Positions 38,939-51,800 of a stretch of 64,000 nt of DNA are shown here, piece after piece. The stretch spans positions 52,328,001-52,392,000 of the forward strand of contig NC_043007.1 of assembly GCF_006345805.1 (NCBI RefSeq), in the 5' to 3' direction. The notes under the pieces are model-generated. The model searched no databases, was not told the origin of the DNA, and saw only the letters and a list, made by a program, of their open reading frames with translations. Made by a program: the position numbers and the translations under genes. The number at the start of each line of letters is the position of its first letter. The first letter of the stretch is position 1. Source of the DNA: Octopus sinensis (Eukaryota).

Positions 38939-40623
38939 ATGCCAGGGTTTCCCTTTCTTGGGGAATAAAATATGTAAAATAAAATTATGAATATAGATTA
39001 CTAACACACCTATACTAGTATGGAAAACAGATGGTAAACATTAATGATGATGATGATGATGATAATGATGATGATGATGATGGTGATGATGGTGGTGGTG
39101 GTGGTGGTGAGGAGGAGGAGGAGGAGGGGAGGAAGAGGAGGAGGAGGATGGCACAAAATATACTCACATGAAATTGTCATTATTTCTAGTTGGGAAGAAC
39201 AGGTGCACAGCCATCTTTGTCAGCTGGTTCAGTTTTATTTAGGTGGTGAATTCATGATGAAACATGTTCAGAAATCAGAGCGTGTGTGTGTGTGTGTGTG
39301 TATGTGCGTGTGCGCGTGTGTGTGTGTGTATGTGCGTGTGTGCATGTGTGTGTGTGTGTGGGTGAGATAAATCTTTGTTACACACTCAATGTCAAAAATA
39401 TGTTATCTGCATAATTCATTCTGGACATATATGGTAAAGTCTCATATCCCAAGTCTGTGAGCTTCTGTAGTGTCATCCTATAAATGTGCAGTCAAGCGTT
39501 GTCATTGGACCACATTGATTAACAAGGGCTGGTCTCATTTTGCTCAAGTGAACATGCATTCTTTCTAGTTGCTTACAGTAAACTTCTGATGTAATGCTCT
39601 GGTTAGGCTCCAGAAAGCTGTAATTGATCACATTAATTTTATTTTTGCCTCAAGTCTTTTCAAAACATCAAGTTTAATGTCCACTGTAATCTCCTTTATG
39701 GTTTCTTTTTACACTACTGCCTTCAAGTCTTCTTGAGGTTTTCTTTCCAGACATCTTAAATTGAAGGCAAATCCAACAGTAACAACAATTAATTATCCAC
39801 AACAAATATGTAGTAAATAAAATTGGCCCAGGAAAGAGTTGCTTTGTGAGAGAAGAAAATTGTATTACACACACACGCATGCGCACACATACACATGCAC
39901 ACACATATGTATACACACACACACTCATGCGCACACACACCCATGCAATTGTAGCCAATTGAACCAAAAAGTTAGTTGGTTGATAGTGGTGATAATGTGT
40001 GGTTGCTTTGATTTAGATGTTATTGATTAGAGGGTGGGTATTGTTGGTGTTGTAGTGGTCATATTGTTGCCCCACTGTATTAATGTGGCTGTTTTAGTTT
40101 GAAGTCAATCTTCATAGACCTGATATCAAAGACGTTTCATTCAACTTTTAAAATACACTAGGATACCACAATATATGTCTCTATTTGAAATGGACTTTCT
40201 CATCGTCTTCATACTATATATTAGTATTGCTGTTGGTGGTCATGTTTGTACTGACACACACACATACATATGTACACATTCATATATACATACCCATACA
40301 TACATATGTATGTATATATGTGTGTATTTACACACACACACACACACACATATATATGATGGACTCTCCTGTCAATGATGATGCATGAGCATTCAACTTT
40401 TGCTGAACGACTTGTACAAATGGGTTGTTTATAGTGATCAAATGTTTGTACCATACATTAGCTCACTCTCTCCATCAAAACGAAGGTGTTGAAGTGATTG
40501 CAAAGCAACATGAGATGAGGTGTTTTACTCAAGAACACAATGCACCACCTGGTCTAGGAATTGAAACCATTATCTTGCGACAGTGAGTCCAACACCCTAA
40601 CCATTAGGCCATGCACCCTCACA

Positions 40624-40654
<31 letters not shown>

Positions 40655-40659
40655 GTATA

Positions 40660-41270
40660 TATAATGCAAATATTTGAAGTATTATTACTGTTATGAACAG
40701 TAATAATGAGGTGGCTAGCAAGACTTCTACCTATACAGGTATAATATGCAATAATTAAAGAAAAGAAGGGTAAAAATACTGCTTGCTAAAAATCAAAGCA
40801 ACAGCTTCAAAAAACCACCAATCTTACGATAAATATACATATGAGCAATGCAATGAACATTTTAAAAATAGGCCTACCTTCAGAATGGAATACGAAAATA
40901 GAAACTACATGTCCCAATATCAATTGATTTCATGCTCTTCATGAAAAAACATGCTCTGCAATCATCAGTTGGAAATAGTATTTAACATCTATTTCTAAAA
41001 TATTCACTATGTCAACTCATGTGCATTTCTAACTATAAACATCCCAGTCATTTTAAAAAGAAACTATCGTAAACAATAAAAAATGCAAATATGTGAAGTA
41101 TTATTACTGCTATGAACAGTAATAATGAAGTGGCTAGCAAAACTTCTACCTATGCTTGAAGTGAATATTTTAGAAATAGATGTTAAATACTATTTCCAAC
41201 CAATCGTAAGATTGGTGGTTTTTTGAAGCTGTCGCTTTGATTTTTAACAAGTGATATTTTTACCCTTCTT
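40660..41270. repeat. Locally rearranged block with direct and inverted duplications
   Basis: Direct repeat at about 40663 and 41083; inverted pairs at 40772-40830 / 41203-41262 and 40968-41008 / 41160-41200. Confidence 0.7.
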
Positions 41271-41277
41271 AAATATA

Positions 41278-42320
41278 TTAGGTTGTTACACATGAAATGT
41301 CGTATTTTTAATTTCTTGTTATTTCTGTCATTTAAAAACTCAATTATGTATACCCTTGCATTTAATCTTGACTCTTTTTTTTTTCAGACAATATTGGTTT
41401 ACAAAATTCTTGCCCACAAACCTTATGAAAATGATAACAACCAAACAATGTTGAGTGATTTTCTTGTATGAGTACAAGCTGGGTCACTATGCCACAGAAG
41501 CTCTATGGAATATCAAGGGGGCCTTTGATAATGGTTTTGTTGACATCAGAACTCTTCAGAGATGGTTCCAAAGATCTCATTCTAGAGATGATAGTCTTGA
41601 AAATGAACCAAGAGGGAGGCCAAAATCAGTTATTCAGCATGATGGGTTAAATGCTTTGGTTGAACAAAATCCGAGAACAATGATCCAAAACTTTCATAAG
41701 AACTCCAAACACCTCACGCAACTGTTTCTCAACACCTGAAAAAAATTAGAAAAGTCAAGAAAATGGATAGGTTTGTTCCACATCAACTGAATAAGATTAA
41801 AAAAAAAACAGGTGCCTCAAAGTATGTTCCTTGTTGCTTTCTTGACTGGGAAAAGAAACATTTTGCTTTGAATCATTACATGTGATGAGAAATGGATACT
41901 CTTTGACAACAGCAGGAGAATAGGACAGTGATTAGATGTAGGAGAGTCATCTAAACACTACCCAAAACCACCATTGCACTCTAAAAAGTTAGTGGTCACT
42001 GTATGGTGGTCTGTAAAGGAGGTTATTCATTATTCATTTTTGCAACAAGGAAAAACAGTAACATCAACATTGTATTGCCAGGAAATTGATTGTATGCATG
42101 AGAATTTGAAAAAGAAGCAACCCAGACTAGTGGATAGGGATGGTCCAATTTTGCTCCATGATAATGCATGTCCTCATACTTCTCAAGCTACGGCCCAAAA
42201 GTTGCAAAGCCTAAATTATGAGATCTTGCAACATCCTCCCTATTTCCCTGATATCTTTCCTATTGATTATCACTTATTTAAGCATTTTGAGCTTTTCATA
42301 TGCAATAAAACATTCACTTG
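41278..42320 (+). mobile_element. Mariner transposon fossil (DD34D type), 3' end missing
   Basis: TA|TTAGGTTG start; LQRWFQR..DDSLENEPRGRPK; ITCDEKWILFDN; HSKKLVVTVWW; LLHDNACPH; HPPYFPDIFPIDYHLF. Confidence 0.85.
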
Positions 42321-43337
42321 ATGCTGGGTGGAGGATTAAAAATTTAAGTTACAATTTTTTTTGCTTGATGGTAATCAATGGACCACCACATCATCATTCC
42401 AAAAAATGTGTTTATGAGGAGAAAAATATTGAAAATCATCAGTACATTTCAGAGTGACAAAGAAGTGAGTAGCAGGTGGTTGTGGGATGTGCTAAAAATA
42501 ATGGCTAAATCTCCCTTAAATCATGCCCCTTTTCACTTGGAAATTATTTTAAAATTATGAACAGAAACAGATTGCAGATTTATTTCTGTTTATAATTGCA
42601 GATTTGGACTGTCTGTATTTTAAAACTATGATTAAAAAATACATTTGGTAAAAAGCTGAAATTTACGATTTATAGAGGGGTGGAGGTTAATGAAGAAAAT
42701 TAAAAGATTTCACTATTGTTTTTAAATTATGTTTCATTTTCTGTTTGAAAATAAAAGAAGTGGGTATCGTGATGGTGATTGCTGTTTCCAAAACTTATTT
42801 TCTTTTTAAACTTTCAAGGCTCTCTCATTTTTAAGTGCATAGTGCAAAAACATTGGCCATTATCGGTACTGAGTTGGGGAGGGAGATTTGAAATAGTTCA
42901 TAAATTTTCCCAAAAGTTTTGTTTTTTTTTACTGGAAAGGTGCCTCTCATTGTTTAAAAATATGAAGTGCAAAAAATAAAAATTGGATAAAATCAGTTCA
43001 GAAATGAGGAGTGGAGATTCATAAGTTTTCAAAAATCTTTTTAATGGAAAAGCTTCCCCATCATCATTTGTGAGAGTATAATAGAAAATAAGTTTGAAAA
43101 ATCCCTGTCAAAATGGAGAATACCCAACTTAAGTGAATGTGTTATTCCAAAAGTCTGCCAAAGCATTCTATTGTAAAAATGACACTACAATAATGGGACA
43201 CTCAGCTAGTATATATATATATATATATGTATATACAAGATTAAGGATAAAACCATTTTAATGATTTTATCAAGTGGCCAGCATATAAAAAGCCATATAG
43301 GTAATAGTTTATACTAATATATAAGTATATAATACAA

Positions 43338-43736
43338 TTATATTAAAGAGTGCAGATAAACCTCACCAACGCACTAGAAATAGACGCCATTAATTGTAGA
43401 TCGATTTCTGGCTTAACATGAGGTTGAGATGAATAAATTAGATTTAACTAGTATATACATGTAAATGTATGTATATATCATGCAGATATATGTTGTTTGT
43501 ACAGATATGTATAAATATTTGTGCTTATATACTATGGGCGTATTGTACTGATAACAGCAAGGGGTTTTACATCCCTAAGCCAGAAATCGATCTACAATAA
43601 ACCCTTTTTAAAAAATCTTATTCATTTATTCATCTGCTTGGTTACAACCTGTGCTAATGGAGTGTAGATGTGGTTTTTACAGCCATTTGGCACCTATTTC
43701 TCACATGTTGGTGGGGTTTATCTGCACCCTTTAATA
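43338..43736. repeat. Inverted-terminus element related to 11112-11557
   Basis: Terminal inverted repeats of about 48 bp, plus a perfect 22-bp inverted pair at 43394-43415 and 43576-43597. Confidence 0.6.
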
Positions 43737-43760
43737 TAATTATATATTAGTATGTGTGTG

Positions 43761-43846
<86 letters not shown>

Positions 43847-43885
43847 TACATACATAATACATACATACATACATACATACATACA

Positions 43886-43919
<34 letters not shown>

Positions 43920-44078
43920 ATCAAAATAAGCAATCACCCCATGGATTTATATGGATAACACCATACATAATTCTGGTGCATCCAACTTAAGTACCATATT
44001 CATTTGAATCTAAATTTTGCTGAACTTATATATATATATATATATAATATATATATATATATACACACACATATGCAT

Positions 44079-44133
<55 letters not shown>

Positions 44134-44279
44134 CATGCATACATAATGTACATTTCATACCAGCACAATATTACAGTAAGTAAACACATTCAGATTGAAA
44201 ATATAGGTCAAAAAGAATTAGTCAAGGCAGTAAACTACAAACCAAAACTCATAGACACACACAACACAATTGTACTACT

Positions 44280-45210
44280 GCTCATAACACAATAACCTGT
44301 CCAAACCCTGAACAACACACCAGAACAAATAAGCCAAACAACAAATATCAGAATCATGATCACCTCTGGTACAACCCAATCTATGGTTCAAATGTTTCAA
44401 TGAAGATCGGTAGGGAATTTTTTGCTGCTTTAGATAAATGTTTCCCAAAATCAAATAGATATTATACTTTTTTTAATTGACACATAGTGAAGGTATTATA
44501 CACTAACTCTGTTAATTTAGAGCAGCATATGCACTGCATTAATGACAGGAAAATGAACCAACTGTTGAATAACCTACCTGCTGGAACTATAACTTATAAT
44601 GGGTGAACTACTTCAGGCTTGGCAAATAAAAAAAACAGCAAATATATTCAACAAAATGTCAAGAAAGGAAATACCAACTAGAATGAAAAACACCTGCTGT
44701 GTCCACATCATGATAGTAACAATAATAGTGATATAGCCAACATGGTAATGGCTTCAGAAAATGAAGTCAGCACAGCCACAAATACTATCAAATAAAATAA
44801 ATGCTTATGCAGAGAAAAAACAAAATGCCCATTGATGAACCTCTGTATGAGTATTAATCTTGTATATAAATGCACCATACACACAAAAGGAGGACTGCAT
44901 GTTTACATTGGGGAAACAGCTGATTCATTCAAGAACCATAACTGAAAAATGTTGCCAGCTTCAAGAAAATTAACAAGAGGCATTTGACATTTTTGGCTGA
45001 TTTTGTGTGGCAACTTAAGGAGGATAATGTAACTTGGTCTATAATAAGACATGCACAACCATACAATAGCATTTCCAAGAGATGCAGACTGTGCTCTGAG
45101 GAATCACTGTCCATTCTGTGGACCAATGAGAAGATCATGAACAGGATTTCTGAAAGACTTTCAACATGCTTGCATGCTTATAAATGCACAATGCAGTGGG
45201 AATGAGTAAT
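44280..45210 (+). pseudogene. Highly decayed Penelope-like remnant
   Basis: It resembles the WxNPP..FP..YS linker near 44370-44520, and TWSIIRHAQPYNSISKRCRLCSEE..CLH matches the PLE C-terminus. Confidence 0.65.
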
Positions 45211-46204
45211 TGTTAACCAAATTAATAACTAAATTTTACCTAAATGTATAAATAAACTAACCACCTCCCCAGTCTTATAACCACAATGCTACAATAGTTA
45301 CCAATATCACTGTGATACCCCTTGGCCATTGTATACCAATCAATGTGAGATAAATATCAACTTCGGCTTTTTCAATAAGTATTGCTCACCATGAGATGAA
45401 AATGCAAAAAGCCTACACTTATCTATATTGGTGATCCTAACACTGGCATTAACACTTTCTATAAGCTATTGGTTATTCCATTAGCCATTCATACAAAAAG
45501 CACACATCTACTATGTCTGTATTTATGTACATATTCATGACCCTACAAGTGCTATAAGTATATTAGCCAGACTTAGTGAACCCCACCACAGAATCTGTGA
45601 CACCTCAGCAAGTGGATTCGTATCACTAGCCACTTTCAGGTACGGCCTTTATTAATATTTATTTAATTGACTGTGTGAACATACATGTGACAAACTATGT
45701 GTGTATGTATGCTTATATCTTTGTGTAAGTTTGTACAAGCAAATGTACATGCACCAGACAATGTGAGGGTGTTCTTACATCCATATCTACTAATGGTTAT
45801 ATCTAATACTTTTTTCACTGTATTGTGTATTTGTTTCTTTTTGCATCTGATATTTGTTATTGATCTTCTATAATAATGAAGCTGTATACCTTAATTTGCT
45901 GCTGTTGCATCCAAATGCTGAGAAGAAATCTTGTGGAACAGATGTTATTTTAATGAGATACATCTTGTAATCACCTGAGGAGACACAACTACACTGATGG
46001 ATACACTTAAACCAGATGTTCAGTATCCCATCTATGAGGGATCAATGCTAGATGGGTCAAAACAATTTTAGCAATCAATAAACTTTCTCATATCTTCCAT
46101 CTTCTTCCTTAATCAAATACCCAATGAACACTGAGAAAGTTAACATGGTTTACTGGTAAACTACCAGGTGTATACCATACAATTTATTAACTAATACATA
46201 CCTT

Positions 46205-46263
<59 letters not shown>

Positions 46264-46399
46264 TATATATATACGTGGGGGTACCCAAAAGTAACTGGAA
46301 ACATTCTCTGTGGGACAAGCCCATTGTAGTTCAGACTTCTGCCGCTAAAGGCCACTTGTGTGCGTATATATATATGTGTGTGTGTGTGCAGGGAGAATT

Positions 46400-46545
46400 C
46401 ACAAAAAAACAAAAGATGAAGACAGGTGTATTAGTATAATGCTTGGGAAGTGAAAAAGTCTTTAATGTTTCGAGCCTACACGCTTCCACAGAAAGGAACA
46501 CAGAAAGAAACAAGGAGAGAAAATAAAGAAGGTGTAGTGGCTTGT
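46400..46545 (-). mobile_element. Short repeat with a decayed minimal hammerhead (family of 57540-57710)
   Basis: Minus strand CTTT-CTGTGGA-AGCGTGTAGGCTC-GAAACATT-AAAG. A further copy lies at 47170-47330. Confidence 0.5.
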
Positions 46546-46789
46546 GATCTATATATATATATACATATATATATATTGATTGAAATGGCAAGACAACAAA
46601 AGAATGAAAGAGACCTCGGTATTATGCAAATAGAGGAATTTATCTGTAAATATAATATATGAAATTTATTCAGTAGCCATGATAAAACTCTGCCCCGACA
46701 TCCAAAACTCACAGTTTTATCATGGCTACCAAATAATTGTCACATATTATATTTACAGATATATATAAAGCAAAAGCAAATAAGTAACA

Positions 46790-47020
46790 GAGTTGTCCTT
46801 TATTTACATTATTTACATTCCAAAGATATTTGTCCTCATCCTGTTTATTGTTAATACATTTCGGCTGATATACGCTCAAGCCTTCATCAGATGTCTTGGG
46901 GAAATTTCGAAGCTAGGTTCTCATTCCTTAGAAATGTTACCAATAAACAAGATGAGGACAAATATCTGTTAAATGTAAATAATGTACATAATTCCTCATC
47001 CCTTAAATACAGAACTGTAT
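46790..47020 (-). mobile_element. Hammerhead-containing SINE-body copy flanked by inverted copies of its tail
   Basis: Minus strand CTGATGA-A-GGCT..AGCC-GAAATGTA at 46855-46890, with inverted 46-bp arms at 46809-46854 and 46937-46982. Confidence 0.65.
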
Positions 47021-47358
47021 TAAGGATGTCCTTGTCTTTTATTTTCTTTTTATTCACCTAACTTCAAGCTGTGTGGTTTATATCAAACTGGCCAGGTGCC
47101 TCAATTTAAGTACCTAATTCAACTGAATCTTAATCATTTCTTGTATATATAAATATAGATATAGTTGAAATTTACAGAAACACAAAAGATGAAGATAGGT
47201 GTATAAACAACAAGCAGGTGTAGTAGTCTGACGTTTGAGAATGTGAGAAAGTCTTTTATGTTTTGAGCCTATGCTCTTCAACAGAAATGAACATGAAAAA
47301 ATAAACAGAGAGAGAATAAAAAACTTGTGGAGTTAGTGGTCAGTCATGGCAACTGGTA

Positions 47359-47425
<67 letters not shown>

Positions 47426-47432
47426 CTCTCTG

Positions 47433-47490
<58 letters not shown>

Positions 47491-47594
47491 CATCTATCTA
47501 TCTATCTGTCTATCTATCTGTCTATCTATCTATCTATCTATCTATCTATACACTCATATACATATATATATATATACATGCATATATACACATA

Positions 47595-48175
47595 TAGGGG
47601 TTGGACAAAATAATGGAAACACCTAGCATCATAGCATCATAATTTAGAAATATCTATAAAATCGTCAAAAGCTTGTTTATCTTTATATTTTTTGATTTAT
47701 TATTAGTGTTGCTTAATACGTTTTGCTAAAATTGATATTGCTTTTCAAATATCATCAGAAAAAGGTAATTAAAATTCATTAAAATGACAGATCTATCGGA
47801 CTTTCAAAGAGGTCAAATTGTTGGTACTCGTATGGCAAGTTCTAGCGTAATGAAAGCAGTTGAAATGTTTGGTGTATCAAGAAGTACTGTCTCAAAAGTA
47901 AGGACAGCTTTTGAGAAAGAGGGAAAAACCTTCTTCTCAAAACAAAACTCAGGAAGAAAACCAAAGCTTTCAGACTCTAATGTGAATTGTTTGAAAGGAT
48001 CACAAAAGTACAGCTCCCAAAATTACTGCAGAGCTTAATGGCCACCCTGAGAACCCAGTTTCCACAAAAACTGTTTGCTGGGAGATGCACTAAGCTGGAT
48101 TTCATGGGAGGGCTACAATCAGAAAACCACTACTTTCAAAAACAAGTGTTGCAAAGCATTTAGAGTGGAGCAAAA
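47595..48175 (+). mobile_element. Tc1-like transposon 5' fragment
   Basis: TIR-like TAGGGGTTGGACAAAATAATGGAAACACC after TA; ORF MTDLSDFQRGQIVG..FGVSRSTVSKV..SGRKPKLSD (paired-type HTH). Confidence 0.8.
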
Positions 48176-48556
48176 TGTATAAGCAAGAGGCACGTGCTGG
48201 ATTGGCCCCATGTTTATATGTTTAATCCTGGCGTACCTGTTGACAAAGACTTCACCTAGCAAATTATTTTATTTGCTAAAAAAATTCAGAAACCATGGTC
48301 CAGGAAATAGATGGTAAATGTTTTTATTTTTCATTCCCTTTGAGAATTTATCCCTAATTAGTGGTTTGGACTTTAGCTGTTCCTTCTAGCATAAGGGAGT
48401 CCTATGATGGACACCTCTTAATGTGTTTAAATGTACACTGTATTTTATATGAATAATATATAGTCTATTGACAAATTTTTCAATACGCTAGGCCACTGGT
48501 AGTAAAAATTTCTAAAATCTTTATTACCCTGATATTATTAATTATATGTATATATA

Positions 48557-48855
48557 TCTCGTGACTTTCTCTTTCGTGACCGACCAGACCATCAAATGTT
48601 GCTACACATCGCTGGTCACAATGCGTTCGCATTGTTTTAGCCTTCGAACGACGCCACCCCACTGGCTAAGTGAGCAGGCCAACAGGAGAAAGAGTGGTGA
48701 ATGAGTACAGCAGCGATCACCAGCCCCTGCCCGAGCCTCGTGGAGCTTTTAGGTGTTTTCGCTCAATAAACACACACAACACCGGGTCTGGGAATCGAAA
48801 CCGCGATCCTCCGACCGCCAGTCCGCTGCCCTAACCACTGGGCCATTGTGCCTCC
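48557..48855 (-). mobile_element. tRNA-derived SINE
   Basis: Minus strand A box TGGCCCAGTGG and B box GGTTTCGATTCCC; flanked by (TA)n. Confidence 0.75.
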
Positions 48856-48857
48856 AC

Positions 48858-48923
<66 letters not shown>

Positions 48924-49834
48924 GTGTATGTGTATGTATATATATGTGTATATATATATATATATGTGTATATATATATATATATGTGTATATATATATA
49001 TATATATGTGTGTACATGTGTATGTGTGTGTGCATGCATGTGCATGTGTGTGAGTTCATGTGTATAGAAATGTTTATGTCTACATTGTGTAATTTTGATG
49101 TTTTGCATTGAAAAATAAAGTTAGGTTTCTTTTAATTTCATGTTTTTGCATGAACAAACTAATTAGAAAAAAATGGTTAATGTTTATAACTTGACCCAGA
49201 AATGAAAATCAGGAAAAAATAGTGCAACAGGTGTAAAAAAATGTGTGGGAAACGAATATGGAAAAAATCCATGCAAAGCAACAGGAGGGTGGGGAGAGGA
49301 CCTCGGAAAATTCGCAAGATCCAAGTTTTTCACTCATAACTTTTAGGAAATAGGGGTCTTATTCAATGAAATTTTATATAAATACCTTTCAAACGGTATA
49401 CATTATGATTATAAAGTAATTTGAGGGGAAAATCTTGAGGTAGGGAGAGGACTTTCAGAAAATTCCCAAGATTCAAATTTTTCTTCATTATATTCCAAAA
49501 TCCCATTCAACTTTCTACAGATATCCTAGGATAGTACTACTATACTACCTAATGTTTATTTCTACCCACTTGCAATAATTTCTAATGTTTTGGCTTCAAT
49601 TTTGTTTCATTTTATCTTCAATTATTTTTACGCATTTTTAACCCTTCTGTTGTTATTCTTATTCACTCGTTATTACTTTCTCTCTATATATATAGAGAGA
49701 TAAATACATATATTATATATATATATACATATATTATATATATATACATATATTATATACATACAACTATTATATACATACATCTATATAGATACATACA
49801 TATATATATATGCATTTATATATCCTTTTCCTAT

Positions 49835-49869
49835 GTTTCTGACGAAGAGCTCCGCTCGAAACGTTAAAC
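49835..49869 (+). ncRNA. Minimal type I hammerhead motif in a short (TA)n-embedded repeat (about 49810-49970)
   Basis: GTTT-CTGACGA-A-GAGC-tcc-GCTC-GAAACGTT-AAAC; helix III is reduced to a palindromic ACGT. Confidence 0.65.
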
Positions 49870-49966
49870 CCTCGTTCTTCCCTTCCTTCCTGAGCGTCCA
49901 ATAATACTATACTTGTTCCACGTCCTCGCGTTGTTGTGTTTTCTCTTTGTGTTTTCATGTTTGGAT

Positions 49967-49994
<28 letters not shown>

Positions 49995-50002
<8 letters not shown>

Positions 50003-50575
50003 AGTTAGTTAATTTGGCTCAAAAGCAAATAGCAAGGCCATGTAGGGGGACATGGAGTTAAGTACAGGGTGGTGTTCATGTAAAGAGTTCAGGCCACTTG
50101 AGGTCAGGGGAGGCTTTGAACAAAGCGGTCGTCGGCATCTTCACCATCTCGTCTGGCAGCTTGTTCCACGGATCCGCAACCCGGACGGAGAAAGCTCCTC
50201 TCCTTCGATTGAGATGAAATCGTCGCAGGTAGAGCTTTTCGGAATGACCCCGCAGCCGACGCTCTGGAGCAGGAGTGAAGAACAGCTCTTTCCGCTTATG
50301 ATGTTGTGGGCGAGAATGAGATCACCACGGCGGCGGCGTTTTTCAAGAGAATAAAGGTCGAGCGTCCTCAGCCTTTCTTCGTAGGACAAATTTTTGAGAC
50401 CATGAACCATGCGGGTAGCCAGCCTCTGGACTCTTTCGAGATGCTGTATGTCTTTGAGGAGATAAGGAGAAGAGGCTTGAATCCCATACTCCAATATGGG
50501 TCTCACCAGCGTGACATAGAGTGGTAGGAATATGGCTGCTGTGAGCATTCCGAATGACCGTCAAATCAAGAACAG
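49995..50575 (-). mobile_element. CR1-type LINE 3' fragment (different family) with (TAAC)n tail
   Basis: LVRPILEYG..ERVQRLATRMV..LSYEERLRTLDLYSLEKRRRRGDLI. Confidence 0.85.
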
Positions 50576-51800
50576 AATTCCGCACAAACACACACATATA
50601 TATACACACACATATATATACACACTTATATATATACACATACATACACACACACATCCAGTTATGAGGGAAAAACTGGGATCTTGTTAATTTTCCAAAG
50701 TCTTCTCCCCACCCCCTTTCCCCATAAATTTCTTTATAATCATAATGTATGCCATTTGAAAGGTATTTCTATAAAATTTCATTGAAAAAAACCCCATTTT
50801 CCTAAAAGTTATGAGAGAGAAACTTGGATCTTGTGAATTTTCGAAGGTCCTCTCCCCCCCCCCATTGCTTTGCACACATTTTTTTTCATATTCGTTTCCT
50901 ACACATTTTTTTTACACCCATTGCACTATTATTTTGATTTTCGTTTCTGAGTCAAGTTGTAAACATTAACCAAAAAAACCCAGTGTTATAGAGATGAGTA
51001 TCATGTTATAAATATTGGAACAGAAACAACAGTAATATTGCATGTTCTTTTTTCTTAAGATGTCAGAAAAAAAGATAAGAAGCTCTATGAGAGTTTTTCC
51101 ATACATTCGTGCTTTGTGTAACTTTGGTGTTTTGTATTGAAAAAACCCCAGGTTTCTTTCAATTTTGTGTTTTGCTTGTACAAACAATATTTACAAATGA
51201 GAAAAATATGTAAAGTCAGAATATCCCAATGTTATATATCAGATTTTTCTCCTCTTCTAAACAAAACAAAAAATCATCTGACTTATTTAAATGAACAACC
51301 TGTTTACACATTCACAATTTTATTTGATAAGTTCGAAAATGAACAAAAGCACTAATAATAATGAATAAATAAAAAATTTTTAAGCAAAATTCTGGCAACC
51401 TCCTTTTTTCTCTATATACAATATTTTTACATCACTTCTAGCACACAATACATATACATATATATAAATACACACACACACACACATACACACATATATA
51501 CATACTCACATTATGCACATTATATACGTGTGTGTATGTGTGTAGATGTATGTGTGTAGATGTATTTGTGTAACAGGATGATAGTTTTCCAAATCATAAA
51601 CTATATACTTTGATCTTAACTAAAACACAAGAGACCATTGAGCTAAGGTGAAAGTATAGTTTTAGATTGTTAACAATTTATAACTATGCAATATAAGTAT
51701 CTGTAAGAGCAAAATTATGGACTGTATCCCAAAATTAATGGCAAATGTAACAAAATATGAGGACAAATAAAGACTTATAATGATGAGATATTAATAGATA

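Larger units (their letters stand above)
49175..50971. mobile_element. Long-TIR non-autonomous DNA transposon (GGTTAA ends), same group as 19927-22445
   Basis: Arms are about 49175-49474 and 50679-50971. The TSD is AAAAAAAT / AAAAAAAC (7 of 8 match). Confidence 0.8.

Noticed and set aside
39044-39150. Poly-Met/Val/Arg/Gly ORF
   Set aside because: It is a compound trinucleotide microsatellite (GAT/GGT/GAG).
42500-43210. Possible Helitron ending in CTAGT at about 43206-43210
   Set aside because: There is no convincing subterminal hairpin or 5' TC end.
46020-46080. Possible decayed hammerhead downstream of the 44.3-kb Penelope remnant
   Set aside because: Neither CTGANGA nor GAAA is intact; only a small hairpin remains.
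48770-48855. Possible tRNA gene
   Set aside because: It has A and B boxes but continues into a SINE body and lacks a complete cloverleaf, so it is a SINE head.
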